Assembly: GCA_946619755.1 (NCBI GenBank)
Contig: CAMOMI010000002.1
Coordinates: 1 to 61,771 of the forward strand
DNA: 61,771 bases
From: an uncultured Clostridia bacterium
Lineage (GTDB): Bacteria; Bacillota_I; Bacilli_A; RF39; UBA660
Direction of reading: 5' to 3'
The notes beneath the pieces were generated by a model. The model had not been told where the DNA came from, searched no databases, and was given only the letters and a program-made list of their open reading frames with translations. The translations under genes and the position numbers were made by a program. Below are positions 9,114-19,400 of the stretch, piece after piece (the first letter of the stretch is position 1; each line of letters begins with the position of its first letter).

Positions 9114-10410
9114 ACTGGTTTCCTCCTTTCACAATTAAATCTTTTACAGGAATACTTCCTATACCTTCATTAACTTGATTTTCATCAGTAGGTTTAATAC
9201 CACCAGGTTCTGGTAGATTTGAACCATGATTTAAATTACTGTTAATTAACATATCAGCTCTTGGATCATCAGAAGGTTTTCTACCAACAACTGCTCTAAT
9301 TTCATTTGATGTTAAAATTTCGTTTCTAGTGAATTTATCAGCAATATCTGCCATTTTCTCAGTAGGAACTAATTTAAATGGATCTCTGAAATACATGATA
9401 GTCTGTTTTTGACTTCTAGCAGTTTTTGTTAAAAATTTTCTAATCATTTCATCTACAATAGCTGAAATAATTGGTTCAATAGTACGCGAATAATAATTAC
9501 TCATAACACCCTCTTCAGCAGTGCCATCTAAAACTCCTTCAGTAATACCTAACTGGCTATATAGCATACTCGTTAAATACTCAACTTGTTTTAGTAGGTT
9601 GTTTTCAACAGGTCTGTTAAGTTGGGTAATTTTTTCGGTACCATCGGTATAGGCTATACCATATTTTGAACCTTTTAATTGGTTCTCTATATCCTTACGT
9701 CTTTCTTCAGCCTGAGCTTTTCTAGCTGGAGATTTGACGATGTAAGGCAATTGAATAATTAAGTCAAGTTTACCAGATCCAGATTGTTCGTCAATTGTAT
9801 CTAATAAATTTAACTTTCTAATTAAACGTTGCAATGTAGAATTAGGTTCATTCATTACTGCATATAATGGGTTTTCTACAATAGCAACCATATATTTAGG
9901 AAGAGTAATCTCTTCTCTAATACCTTTGCGTTCATTGTACAATTCTACCCTAACACTAGAAGGATACCATGCAGTAACTCTCCCAGTTCTCATTGTACAT
10001 ATTTCATAAGACTTTGTGCTCAATGGATCACCTATAGTATCTACTGGTACTATAGCTACATGACCCTCATCAAACATAGACATAACAGCATCTTGTATAA
10101 ATGCTTTTCCTGTTTGGTCGATATTAGCTTCAAGTCTAATGCAATTGTCTAATTTAGAATCAACATAATCTAAAAAACGATCATTATCATCTAATTTACA
10201 ATGTCTTATATCTATATTAGCTACATCTAACGCCATCTTATTAAATATAGAAGTTATAATCGATCTTTCATTTCTAGTACTGATTTTTACTCTATCAGGT
10301 CTATAATATGAACCTCCATAACTTCCATTATCACCATAATTAGGATAAGGATTTTGATTTCTAAACGCATTCCAGGCACTTTTTACTCTTGCCCCAAATG
10401 ATAAGTCCAT
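9103..10410 (-). CDS. Portal protein
   Basis: 435 aa lying between the terminase region and the protease-capsid gene. Size and position are typical. Confidence 0.65.
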   Translation of the reverse strand: MDLSFGARVKSAWNAFRNQNPYPNYGDNGSYGGSYYRPDRVKISTRNERSIITSIFNKMALDVANIDIRHCKLDDNDRFLDYVDSKLDNCIRLEANIDQTGKAFIQDAVMSMFDEGHVAIVPVDTIGDPLSTKSYEICTMRTGRVTAWYPSSVRVELYNERKGIREEITLPKYMVAIVENPLYAVMNEPNSTLQRLIRKLNLLDTIDEQSGSGKLDLIIQLPYIVKSPARKAQAEERRKDIENQLKGSKYGIAYTDGTEKITQLNRPVENNLLKQVEYLTSMLYSQLGITEGVLDGTAEEGVMSNYYSRTIEPIISAIVDEMIRKFLTKTARSQKQTIMYFRDPFKLVPTEKMADIADKFTRNEILTSNEIRAVVGRKPSDDPRADMLINSNLNHGSNLPEPGGIKPTDENQVNEGIGSIPVKDLIVKGGNQFED

Positions 10411-10427
10411 TTAGTATCCTCCTTTCC

Positions 10428-11015
10428 TTATTTTATATTTTTTACAGCATTAAAAGTATATTTAGCTGTTTTTTTAATACCTTTACCAACAGCTTTAGCT
10501 GTATATTTTGCACCTTGTGATGCTAACTCAAAAACTGCAGCACTTCCAATAACAAGTCCTCCTGCTGCCGCCAAACCAATTGCTGTATTTTGTCTTCCTA
10601 TTTGTTTAACTCTTTTCTCTCCATATTTAGATACTAATTCTTTACGTGCTTTTGTACGAGCATCACTTTGAATAGACATAGATTTTTCAAAATGTTGTTC
10701 CCACATTTTATTATATTTTTGTCCGGCTTTTCTAGATCCTCCACCGCCATCATCTAAATCTAGTTTATGTTTTTTACCATATGCTATGGCATCTTTTGCT
10801 AATTTGTTAACTTGTTTAGTTCTTGGGTCTTTTTTTGCATATTTATCTGCTAAAGAATCAAATTCTTTATTATAATCTTTTCTAGATACTTTTTGATAGC
10901 GAGTTTTTCCAGCGGAAGTCAAAGAACCATTTTTATTCTGATATCTTCGTACTCCCCATTTCATACCTAATACTCCATGGTGATAAAGTTCATCTGTATT
11001 TTGATATTGCCACAT
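10428..11015 (-). CDS. Hypothetical protein, paralogue family with N-terminal ELYHHG.LGMKWGVRRYQ motif
   Basis: The first 35 aa or so are nearly identical to ORF 12802..13248. Basic middle, C-terminal hydrophobic segment AIGLAAAGGLVIGSAAVF. Confidence 0.7.
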   Translation of the reverse strand: MWQYQNTDELYHHGVLGMKWGVRRYQNKNGSLTSAGKTRYQKVSRKDYNKEFDSLADKYAKKDPRTKQVNKLAKDAIAYGKKHKLDLDDGGGGSRKAGQKYNKMWEQHFEKSMSIQSDARTKARKELVSKYGEKRVKQIGRQNTAIGLAAAGGLVIGSAAVFELASQGAKYTAKAVGKGIKKTAKYTFNAVKNIK

Positions 11016-11029
11016 GATAAACTCCTTTC

Positions 11030-12775
11030 CTATTCAAAAGCTTCACGGTTAAGCTTCCATGCGACATAAGCATCCATCATAGCAGCTACCGAGTCGATCT
11101 TTTGATCATATCTTTTCTTAAATAATTTTCTATTACCATTAGTATCTTCTAATGTAATAGCATTACCCATACAATATTCCATAAGTTTTTCATCAAATAA
11201 TAATAATCTATCTTCAGCAAGTTTTTTTAATTCTCCTAAAGGAACAGATTCTGTTTTTGCACCTTGAATAACTTTTTCAATACCATATGGACCATTTTCT
11301 TTTTCCCATCTTTCAACAAAATCTTTTGCATTATAAGGATCAAATCCAAAACATCTTACATCATAACCACGTTCTATAATATGATTATCTAAGTCTTCAT
11401 AAACTTCCATCATATCTAAAACGGTTCCATCCATAACAGTTAAAGCGCCTTCTTGAATAAATTCTTCATACTTAACTCTCATAGCTGTAGGTAATTTCAT
11501 AAGTGTATGTTCTGAAATATAGTTCTTACATTTAATGCCAAAAGCTCCTCTAGCAAGTGGAAATAAGAATGTAAAAGCACAGAAGTCATCACCTTGAGAT
11601 AAATCGGCCCCAAGTGCACAAGGCATTTGCCAATAATCTCTCTTCTTATGTGGTAAAGTTTCTTCATAAGTGAAGAAATATGTATAACCCTCCATAGGTA
11701 TACCAAAACGTTTTGCTAAAATATCATTACGAGTAGATGGCGCTTTTTCAGCTCTTTCTACATCTAATTGATATGTTTCATAACTAACAGTTTTACCTAA
11801 ATTTGGATTAGCCTTTGCCCACATTTCTGGTTTACCGACTTCATCAATATTATCTAATCTATACCACCATATCGATACATGGGGATTAATATAATCACCT
11901 TTAAGGATATCCATTAACTCCATTTTGATTGTATCACCTGGACCATTACGAACAGTTCCTTCAGAACTTACTGCAATGATCAGATAATCATCATTTTTAG
12001 AAGCACCTTGCTCTAATGCACCTATAACATCTTCTCTAACATCTCCAGACAACCATTCATCAACAGTATTTATTCTACTGTTAAGACCTTGCAATTTGTC
12101 TATTGACATAGGCCTTATCTCGACAATAGAACCAGTTAAGAAATTTTCAATACCTTTTTTGGTTGAAGCTAATTTAACACGATTAGCTTTTGAACCTGTT
12201 GTATTATTAATACTTCCCTCTGTTAAAAATTGGAATAATGGCCCACGAGATCTAGCTATAGCTGTTCTCATAGGTGATAAGGCTTCCTCAGCCTGTTTCA
12301 TAGTAGGTGCAGTATGAACGCCATGCGTTGTTGATGTATCAACGTTTAAATAATATGATTGTATATAAGATTCATATTGAGATTTAGCGGCACCTCTGGC
12401 TATAATTAAATATTGTTTATTTGTTAATCTTTTCTTTATTCTACGATTTTCGTAATGCCCTCCATGATGATCTTCACCTGGAACATATATTGAACGATCT
12501 ACAAAATAATACCATCCAAATACTTGTTCTGCCCATAATTTAAATGTATCAAGTAATCTTAAATCCTCACCATCGGTAAGAGTAAGCTCACCTTCACAAT
12601 ATTTTATGAAACCTTCAACAGCTTGATCATCATACCAGATACCTGGATTCTTGATTAGATCATCGATTCTATTCATTTCCATAGCAATCGTTTCACATAC
12701 AGGAATCTCACCTCTGATTACGGCATCACGAAACATACCATAATACTTTGGTGTAGCGGTATTCGATAATGCCAT
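11030..12775 (-). CDS. terL: Terminase large subunit
   Basis: 581 aa. Walker-A-like IIARGAAKS and a Terminase_1-like layout, with the portal downstream and HNH plus a small-terminase-like gene upstream. Confidence 0.85.
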   Translation of the reverse strand: MALSNTATPKYYGMFRDAVIRGEIPVCETIAMEMNRIDDLIKNPGIWYDDQAVEGFIKYCEGELTLTDGEDLRLLDTFKLWAEQVFGWYYFVDRSIYVPGEDHHGGHYENRRIKKRLTNKQYLIIARGAAKSQYESYIQSYYLNVDTSTTHGVHTAPTMKQAEEALSPMRTAIARSRGPLFQFLTEGSINNTTGSKANRVKLASTKKGIENFLTGSIVEIRPMSIDKLQGLNSRINTVDEWLSGDVREDVIGALEQGASKNDDYLIIAVSSEGTVRNGPGDTIKMELMDILKGDYINPHVSIWWYRLDNIDEVGKPEMWAKANPNLGKTVSYETYQLDVERAEKAPSTRNDILAKRFGIPMEGYTYFFTYEETLPHKKRDYWQMPCALGADLSQGDDFCAFTFLFPLARGAFGIKCKNYISEHTLMKLPTAMRVKYEEFIQEGALTVMDGTVLDMMEVYEDLDNHIIERGYDVRCFGFDPYNAKDFVERWEKENGPYGIEKVIQGAKTESVPLGELKKLAEDRLLLFDEKLMEYCMGNAITLEDTNGNRKLFKKRYDQKIDSVAAMMDAYVAWKLNREAFE

Positions 12776-12801
12776 AATTTATTCTCCTTTTTTTTTTATA
12801 T

Positions 12802-13248
12802 TTATCTACCTTTTAATTTTCTGATAGCTTTTAATGTAACATATTTACCAGTTCTAACTGTACTAGTAGCCGCTTTTTCACCCATTTTTATTAATCTACC
12901 AGATTTAGTAATATGATCAGCTAATGCTACTATACCACCAATTGTAGCAACTGCTGTAGCTGTAGCTTTAGCTCCTTTTACTATTGGATGTTGATTATTT
13001 TGTTTATAGGTTCTTTCTAAATTTTGACGATTATTAAGTCTTTTAACTTCGTCATTCGTCAAACGTTTAACACCCTTTTTTCTTAGACGTTCTGCTTCTT
13101 TTGCATCTTGACTCCATCCTTTTTGTTTAGCACGTCTTTTACCTAAAGGAGTTAATGAACCATTTTTAGATTGATAACGCCTTACTCCCCATTTCATACC
13201 TAATATGCCATGATGATAAAGCTCGTCAGTTCTTTGATAAGTCCACAT
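12802..13248 (-). CDS. Hypothetical protein, second member of the ELYHHG.LGMKWGVRRYQ family
   Basis: MWTYQRTDELYHHGILGMKWGVRRYQSKNGSLT compared with MWQYQNTDELYHHGVLGMKWGVRRYQNKNGSLT in 10428..11015. Confidence 0.7.
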   Translation of the reverse strand: MWTYQRTDELYHHGILGMKWGVRRYQSKNGSLTPLGKRRAKQKGWSQDAKEAERLRKKGVKRLTNDEVKRLNNRQNLERTYKQNNQHPIVKGAKATATAVATIGGIVALADHITKSGRLIKMGEKAATSTVRTGKYVTLKAIRKLKGR

Positions 13249-13250
13249 AA

Positions 13251-13649
13251 CTATACTCCTTTCTCATTCATTTCGGCTTGATGACACAAGCGCCATTCAT
13301 ACTCTTTAATAGATTCTCTGAAAGCATCTTCTGTTGGTCCATGTTGTGGTGGATCAAAGATAATCTTAACCTTTAAATAAATATAAGTTTTAATACCTTC
13401 TAAATCATCTTCTACATCTATGAAGTCGCTCCATTTATCATTCTTTGAAGAAATGGTGAATACTTCATCTTGAGGTCCAATACCTAATTGATGAAGAACC
13501 ATAATAGCAGTGTTAATATGAATCATAATATCTGTATCAAAATTTGTATAATTTTTATCAATTCCTAATAATTTTTTAATTGATGATAATATACTGTTTT
13601 CCATTTTGATGTCTTCAGATGTAGTTTCTTCAACATTATTTTCTTCCAT
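13251..13649 (-). CDS. gp6-like head-tail connector protein (tentative)
   Basis: 132 aa. ILSSIKKLLGIDKNYTNFDTDIMIHINTAIMVLHQLG resembles the Phage_connect_1 pattern. Its location upstream of terL is unusual. Confidence 0.35.
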   Translation of the reverse strand: MEENNVEETTSEDIKMENSILSSIKKLLGIDKNYTNFDTDIMIHINTAIMVLHQLGIGPQDEVFTISSKNDKWSDFIDVEDDLEGIKTYIYLKVKIIFDPPQHGPTEDAFRESIKEYEWRLCHQAEMNEKGV

Positions 13650-13659
13650 ACTATCACCC

Positions 13660-14040
13660 CTATTCTTTAATTTTTATAAATTTCTTCATACAGAATCCTT
13701 TTAAGTCACCGATTAGAACTTCATAGAAATCTAAAGATGCATCAATGTCAATAATAGTAACTATTGATTCTGCTGGTATTACTGTTAAAACATCTGCTGT
13801 AAATTCAGGATTTGATCTAACATTTAATAATTCACATCCTGATACAACGCCAATAATGTCTTTGTTTTCAACAACTTCTTCAACTGGTGTTTCAACGATT
13901 TCTTCAGATGTTTTAACATTATCAACTGTTTCTTCAATAGGAGTTTCAATAACTTCCTCTACTACTTCATCAACAACTTCTACATTTTCAATATTATCTG
14001 TATGTTCATGTTGTCTTCCAAAATTTTTGTTCTTTGACAT
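13660..14040 (-). CDS. SH3b-domain protein
   Basis: Start taken at ATG 14040 (MSKNKNF). Acidic repeats VEEVIETPIEE / EIVETPVEEV are followed by LLNVRSNPEFTADVLTVIPAESIVTII (SH3_3-like). Confidence 0.55.
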   Translation of the reverse strand: MSKNKNFGRQHEHTDNIENVEVVDEVVEEVIETPIEETVDNVKTSEEIVETPVEEVVENKDIIGVVSGCELLNVRSNPEFTADVLTVIPAESIVTIIDIDASLDFYEVLIGDLKGFCMKKFIKIKE

Positions 14041-14060
14041 TTCTATCACTTCCTTTCTTC

Positions 14061-14492
14061 TCAATGTCGCCATGGGCATTGGTCATTTTTTGTTCTGACT
14101 ATTGGAACAATTGGATCTAATATTCTTTCATCGCCATAATGTATAGCGTTATGTGTTTTTTTAGTGGTGCATATTAAATATTCAGGATTAAGTAAATAAT
14201 CTGATTTATTAATAATGTCCTCTTTAGTCAGTGGGTTCATATGATGTATTAAAATTTGTTGGTTTATAATTTCATAATCTGGTATTGCTAAATCACAACC
14301 CATATCACGAGTTATAACAAAATTTCTAACTTGTTTCCATTCTGGCGAACGATAAAATAATTGATTTAAATATCGATCAAATCCGAAAGTGTCTTCGCCT
14401 ATAGAACCATCAAGTTTCAAATATAAGAATCTCTCTTCAAAAGTTTCTAAAATTATTAATTCAGAATATGTTCTAATAATTGTTTGGTTCAT
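14061..14492 (-). CDS. HNH endonuclease (packaging-associated)
   Basis: WKQVRNFVITRDMGCDL...ILIHHMNP...THNAIHYG matches HNH motifs. Start taken at 14492 after GGAGAGGA. Adjacent to the terminase genes. Confidence 0.75.
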   Translation of the reverse strand: MNQTIIRTYSELIILETFEERFLYLKLDGSIGEDTFGFDRYLNQLFYRSPEWKQVRNFVITRDMGCDLAIPDYEIINQQILIHHMNPLTKEDIINKSDYLLNPEYLICTTKKTHNAIHYGDERILDPIVPIVRTKNDQCPWRH

Positions 14493-14826
14493 TATAATCA
14501 TCCTCTCCATGTCCTGAATAATGTTTCATAGCATTTATAGCATTAGCATATAACTCTTCGATCCTCTTTGAAGATTGTAGAGATTCAGTTTTTGCAACCA
14601 ATAAATCTTTCTGTTTTTCTAGAATTTCTTTTTCAATACGCTCTTTGGTTGAACCCAGTTTAAGATAATGTGTAATAACCTGAGATGAAGCTGTGCCATC
14701 TCTCAGTTGTTGTTCGGCTAAATTAGTAGCCAAATATATCAACTGGTTCTCACGTGCCTCCGGTGTGAGAGCAGGTTTAAGTTTGTTTTTACTATCATCT
14801 GGCTTATTTGACCTAACTTTCGCCAT
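14473..14826 (-). CDS. Small terminase subunit-like protein (tentative)
   Basis: 117 aa and the first gene after the long non-coding region. LRDGTASSQVITHYLKLGSTKERIEKE is a motif common upstream of large terminase genes in Firmicute phages. Confidence 0.45.
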   Translation of the reverse strand: MAKVRSNKPDDSKNKLKPALTPEARENQLIYLATNLAEQQLRDGTASSQVITHYLKLGSTKERIEKEILEKQKDLLVAKTESLQSSKRIEELYANAINAMKHYSGHGEDDYNEPNNY

Positions 14827-15002
14827 GTTTCATTCTCCTTTCATAAGTTAAAATATAACTTTTAGTATAGTTTTTGTTGTGCCTTTCAATGACACACAAA
14901 GTGATACACAGAAATATAAAAGAATTAGAAAGGAGAATAAACTTACTACTCTTAAATATCATCGGCAATAGGAGGCATGCGACTCTGGTTTCACCAAAAT
15001 AT

Positions 15003-15145
15003 ACATTCCCATGTACCACTTTGTCTGCCATTGAGGTAGGAACTATCAAAAACACTTCCCGAAAATATCCTCCGGGGAAAATTTAAAGACCGGCGCGATG
15101 AAGGCCGGGGGGTGTTTATTTTTGACCCCTCCCCCATGTACCAGT
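15003..15145. other. GC-rich hairpin island flanked by an 11-nt direct repeat (candidate cos/pac or terminator cluster)
   Basis: CCCATGTACCA occurs at 15008-15018 and 15133-15143. Between them lie three GC stems: TTCCCG..CGGGGAA, CCGGC-gcgatgaag-GCCGG and GGGGGG..CCCCTCCCCC. This is the only strongly GC-rich patch in the window. Confidence 0.5.
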
Positions 15146-15239
15146 CAGACATGTGAATGCAGCATATTGAAATATATTTGAGTAAAAAAGTTTGGATTAA
15201 CCAATTTTTATTTAATTTATTCAATTTTTTGTAAATTTT

Positions 15240-15560
15240 TAATTTAAACAAAAGATTGACAAATTATGAACTTTTAACTTTTTACAAATTTTATGAACAA
15301 TTTGACTAAGTTTTAAACTCAAAAACTTTAATTCAAACAATTTAATGCAAAAACTTTTTATTAATTTCTTTTTTTACAAAACTTATTAATTAATTAAACA
15401 ATGTTAATTAATTAAAGAATGCGTTAAAAACTTAAAAGAACAAGCACAGTCAAAAACTTTATTAAAGTTTAATCTAAAAAGACTAACAAAAGTTTTATAC
15501 AGTAATACTTTAATTCTTAAACATCTATTAATTAACAAATGTGAATCTTTTAATGATAGA
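15240..15560. repeat. A/T-rich non-coding region with five or more copies of AAAA(A)CTT and TTAATTAA palindromes
   Basis: AAAAACTT-type words start at 15321, 15349, 15378, 15426 and 15452. TTAATTAATTAA occurs near 15388, 15404 and 15526. There is no credible ORF. Confidence 0.6.
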
Positions 15561-15684
15561 ACGACTTTTAAAGATACTGGATTAGACTTATTAATTGTAA
15601 CTATCGGTAATAACATTAATAATTCTGATACAAGTAAAACAAAAAGTCATAGTAATCTAGTCCAAAAATACACTAAAACGGTCA

Positions 15685-15699
15685 TTTTTTTTTTTTTTT
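15685..15699. repeat. T15 homopolymer
   Basis: Read directly: gtca + 15 T + cata. Confidence 0.9.
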
Positions 15700-16172
15700 C
15701 ATACAAGTAAGGGTATGAATTTTATGTGATGTATGTGATGTTAGGATTAATTACTATTCAATTTAAAAAAAATATTAAATTATACAATTATTACATGATT
15801 TATTATTACATTATTTAATTAAACTCTTTTCCTTTATGCTACTTACTTAAAAACAATTAAATCAGCATGTAATTAATAATAAAACATAATGATCTAACTT
15901 TGTTTTTAAGCAGTATAGCATATAGAAAAGGAGTGATACATTATTTATGTCAACTATGTACAGAACGACATAGAAAACAACTAAATAAATGACAAGCTTT
16001 TATAAAATTAAGGTTAAAAACTAATAATATTATTTTTTTTTATAATGTAGGATCATAAGATACTATTAATAGTGTTATGTTAAACACAATAATAGTTTAA
16101 ATTTATTTTAAATGGTTTAAAATGTTTCAATAGGGGGTAATAAAAATATGAAACATACACAGTATAAAAATA

Positions 16173-16421
16173 TTATTCTTTAACTTTAATAATATACAGT
16201 TGAAATATGTCTAATGGATCTATCTCAACCAATCTTCTAGTTGCTCTTTCTATTTCTTCTTCCTCTTCAATGTCAGTCATATCATCAGTAATATTAGCTA
16301 AACGAGCAACTCTTTGACAAGAACAATAACCTTTTTCCATATCAAAGTCATACCAAGAAGCGAAATCTTCAAATGGGTTAAAAGGGTTGTCTATAGTTGT
16401 AATATGAACTCTTTCTTTCAT
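16173..16421 (-). CDS. Hypothetical acidic protein
   Basis: 82-aa ORF in the track, starting 1 nt after the stop of the polymerase gene. Confidence 0.6.
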   Translation of the reverse strand: MKERVHITTIDNPFNPFEDFASWYDFDMEKGYCSCQRVARLANITDDMTDIEEEEEIERATRRLVEIDPLDIFQLYIIKVKE

Positions 16422-16422
16422 A

Positions 16423-19400
16423 CTATTTCGCTCCTTTCAATGCATTAGATACAGTAGATTTAGATACACCTAATTTATCTGCAATTTGTTGTAGTGTAAA
16501 ATTAGAATTAGCCATGGCTTTTATTCTACTTACTTGAGCAGGGGTTAAACCTTTTCTGTTAGATGGCATAGATTTTTCTCTTAAAATATCTGGATCTGAA
16601 TTAGCTAAAATAACTCTAAGTTTATTCTCAGATATAGCACCTGCTTGTATAGCTTCCCATTGTTTATCTGTTATATTAATATTTCTATTTCTTCTAGATA
16701 CAGACCCAACAGATTCTCTATATTTAGTCATTGCTCTTTGCCCAGCTTTTCTTTCATCTTCTGCTTTCATATCTGGATCAGCAGCTTTCTTTTTTTTAAG
16801 ATCTGCAGCAGCGAGTCTAGTTGCTTGTCTTTCTTTAACACTATTTTTCATAGCATTATTAAGTGCAACATTTAATTCAGATACCTCTTTAGAATATATC
16901 TTGGCTGCATTCTTATCATATTTAAGATTTTCTGTCTTTTTCATAGACACTCTAGCTTGATTTGCTAAAGATTTCATACTATTTGCATAATCAGCATATA
17001 ATATTTCCATTTTATGTTTTTGAGGCGATACTAAATCATATGCATCATCTCTAGTAGCCATTAATGGAACTTGTGTGGTTCTAGTTTTCTTACGATATAT
17101 AATAGAACCATCTCTATTTTCAAATGATACAATACCAGTTTTTTTATCTTTAACCATAATTGGTTCATATTTTTCAACTTGTTTTGGATCATTCATATTA
17201 TAAGTTATTTTTTTACCACCAGAAGTCCACACAGTTTTAATACCAGTTTTTTTATCATAAGTAGAATCAGCATAATATAGTTTTTTATCTTCAGCCTTTT
17301 GATAAATAAGAGAACCTTCAGGTCTAGAAGGATCATACCATTTAGTATCTTTCAAATTAATATGTGCTTCTCCTCTTCTTTTTTCAACATTAACTGGAGA
17401 TTTGGCTCTTGAAACTATTGTTCCAGCACCACCATATTTACCATTTTCTTTCTTTTGATATAATTGTTTTAAAGATGTGATATTATTATCTTTATAACTT
17501 TGATTATAGTCTAATTTATGTTTTTCAGCATCAATAACAACCATTGAATGTTTTACAGCCCTAGCTAAGTGATCATCAGGAGCTCCTTGTAATGTCATAT
17601 CTGTTATAAGATTAGATATTTTTCCCATCTCCATATCAGTACGTTTCATTACTTTAAACTCTTTACCATTACGATAATAATGTTCTTGACCATTTTTGTC
17701 AACTGTTTTTAAATCATATTTATATGACTTTGGTTCAAAATTCTCTAATTGTTTAAGTTGATCACGACTAGAAATTCTAACACGGCCTTTATTATCATGA
17801 GTTGGTATACACATAACTGTATCACCATCAAAATCAGCACCTGATAATCTAGATGCAACCCTAGAATTTATACATATAGCATCGATAGATTGTTTACCAA
17901 TCATTTTTTCACCAACGGCATTCTTATTATTTACAGTACATATAGGGATTTCGAAAGTACCACCATGAGGATATCTTACAAGAGCTAATTTAGTTCCATC
18001 TTTATATCCTGGTGCATATACTTCATTATCTTTTAATGTATTATTTGGTAAAATAACATGATACTTCTGTCCAGGTAAAGCCGCAGCTTTTAAATCGACA
18101 GCAGCACCATCACATTTATCTGCAAATTTTTGTAAATAATATTTTTTAACAGTCGGATTAGTTAAAGCCATAATATCATCATATTCTTGTTTTCTTTCAG
18201 CTTTAGCTAAATCTAATTGTTTCTTTGCTAATGTTAATGACTGTTTAGATAAAAATTGTGATGGTAAGGCATCTTTCCATTCAGTCCAATCACCTTCATC
18301 TGATCTTTTATTTATAAGACCTAATTTCTTTTTACCATCTTTTTTATCGACATACCAGTATTGACCACCTAAATCTGCATCTTTAATATTTGAACCAAAC
18401 GGATTATCTGGATCATTTTTTATAGGTTTTAAAACTTCTTTCATAGGTACAGATCTTTTTTTATTAGTATTAAATCTTACATCAATACCATCTGGTAAAT
18501 CATCAGCATAAACAGCCATGCCTTTTAAATAATGAGTATTATCAACTAATATACGAACTTGTGCATATTTTTTATTATCACCTAAATATAAATCTTGACA
18601 ACCTCTACGGACTTCAATAACACCATCCATATCAGTTCCACCATCTTCATCATAACGAATTTGTAAACGTTTAGAATTTAATGATGTAGGATATGTAAAT
18701 TTAGGTTCAAAAGTATCACCACGATCGTGAGTTGTGTAATTGTTGATTGTTTTTATTTTATCATATTTATAAATATCTTTATATGGTACTTCTGGTTTAG
18801 CTAAAACAACCTGATTAGTTTGTTGATTTTTATTAGTTGGCTGAGGTATACCACCTTTATAAACATGATAACCTTGTCTTTCAAGAATATATAATGCTGT
18901 ATCTAGTTTTTCTTTAGATACACCACCTAATAAATCTCTTTCAACACCAGAACCAACATCTACCATTTTCTTACCATCTACTTCTTTTTTAAGTAAATTA
19001 GCAAGCTCTTGTGCTTGATTAACTCTTTGAACGTGTTCTTGATTTAACCAACTTCTAACTGTAGATTCTCGAACACCCATTTCTTTACCAATTTCAGTTG
19101 GCCCCATTCCTTGTTTCTTAAGTTGTTTAGCTCTAGTAATATCCATCATCTGTTTTTCGTTTAAAGATATTCTTTTTTCCCTACGATATTGTGTAGTATT
19201 CATACCGAATTCTTTTTTAATATTTTCAGGAGTCTCGGTCCAACCTTTAGCCTTAAGTTTTTCAACTCTTGCTAAAAAATCAATACCTCTTTGGTAAGGG
19301 TTTTCACCAGAACCCCATGGATAACGTCCTGAATTTCCTCCATCCAAATGACCCTTTCCATAATGCATCAACATACTTGGATCATTATGTACTCCAAAAT

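Noticed and set aside
14813-15616. Track ORFs 14813..15055, 14874..15086, 14991..15251 and 15404..15616 in the long intergenic region
   Set aside because: They have no Shine-Dalgarno sequence, implausible composition (Cys/Phe/Leu/Lys-rich, AT-driven) and mutual overlaps, and they run through the GC hairpins and A/T repeats. I treat the region as non-coding.
15900-16172. Plus-strand mini-ORFs with SD-like sequences (AAGGAG..ATG MSTMYRTT, GGGGG..ATG MKHTQYKNIIL)
   Set aside because: They are only 8-11 codons long and sit in an A/T-rich spacer, so they are indistinguishable from chance.
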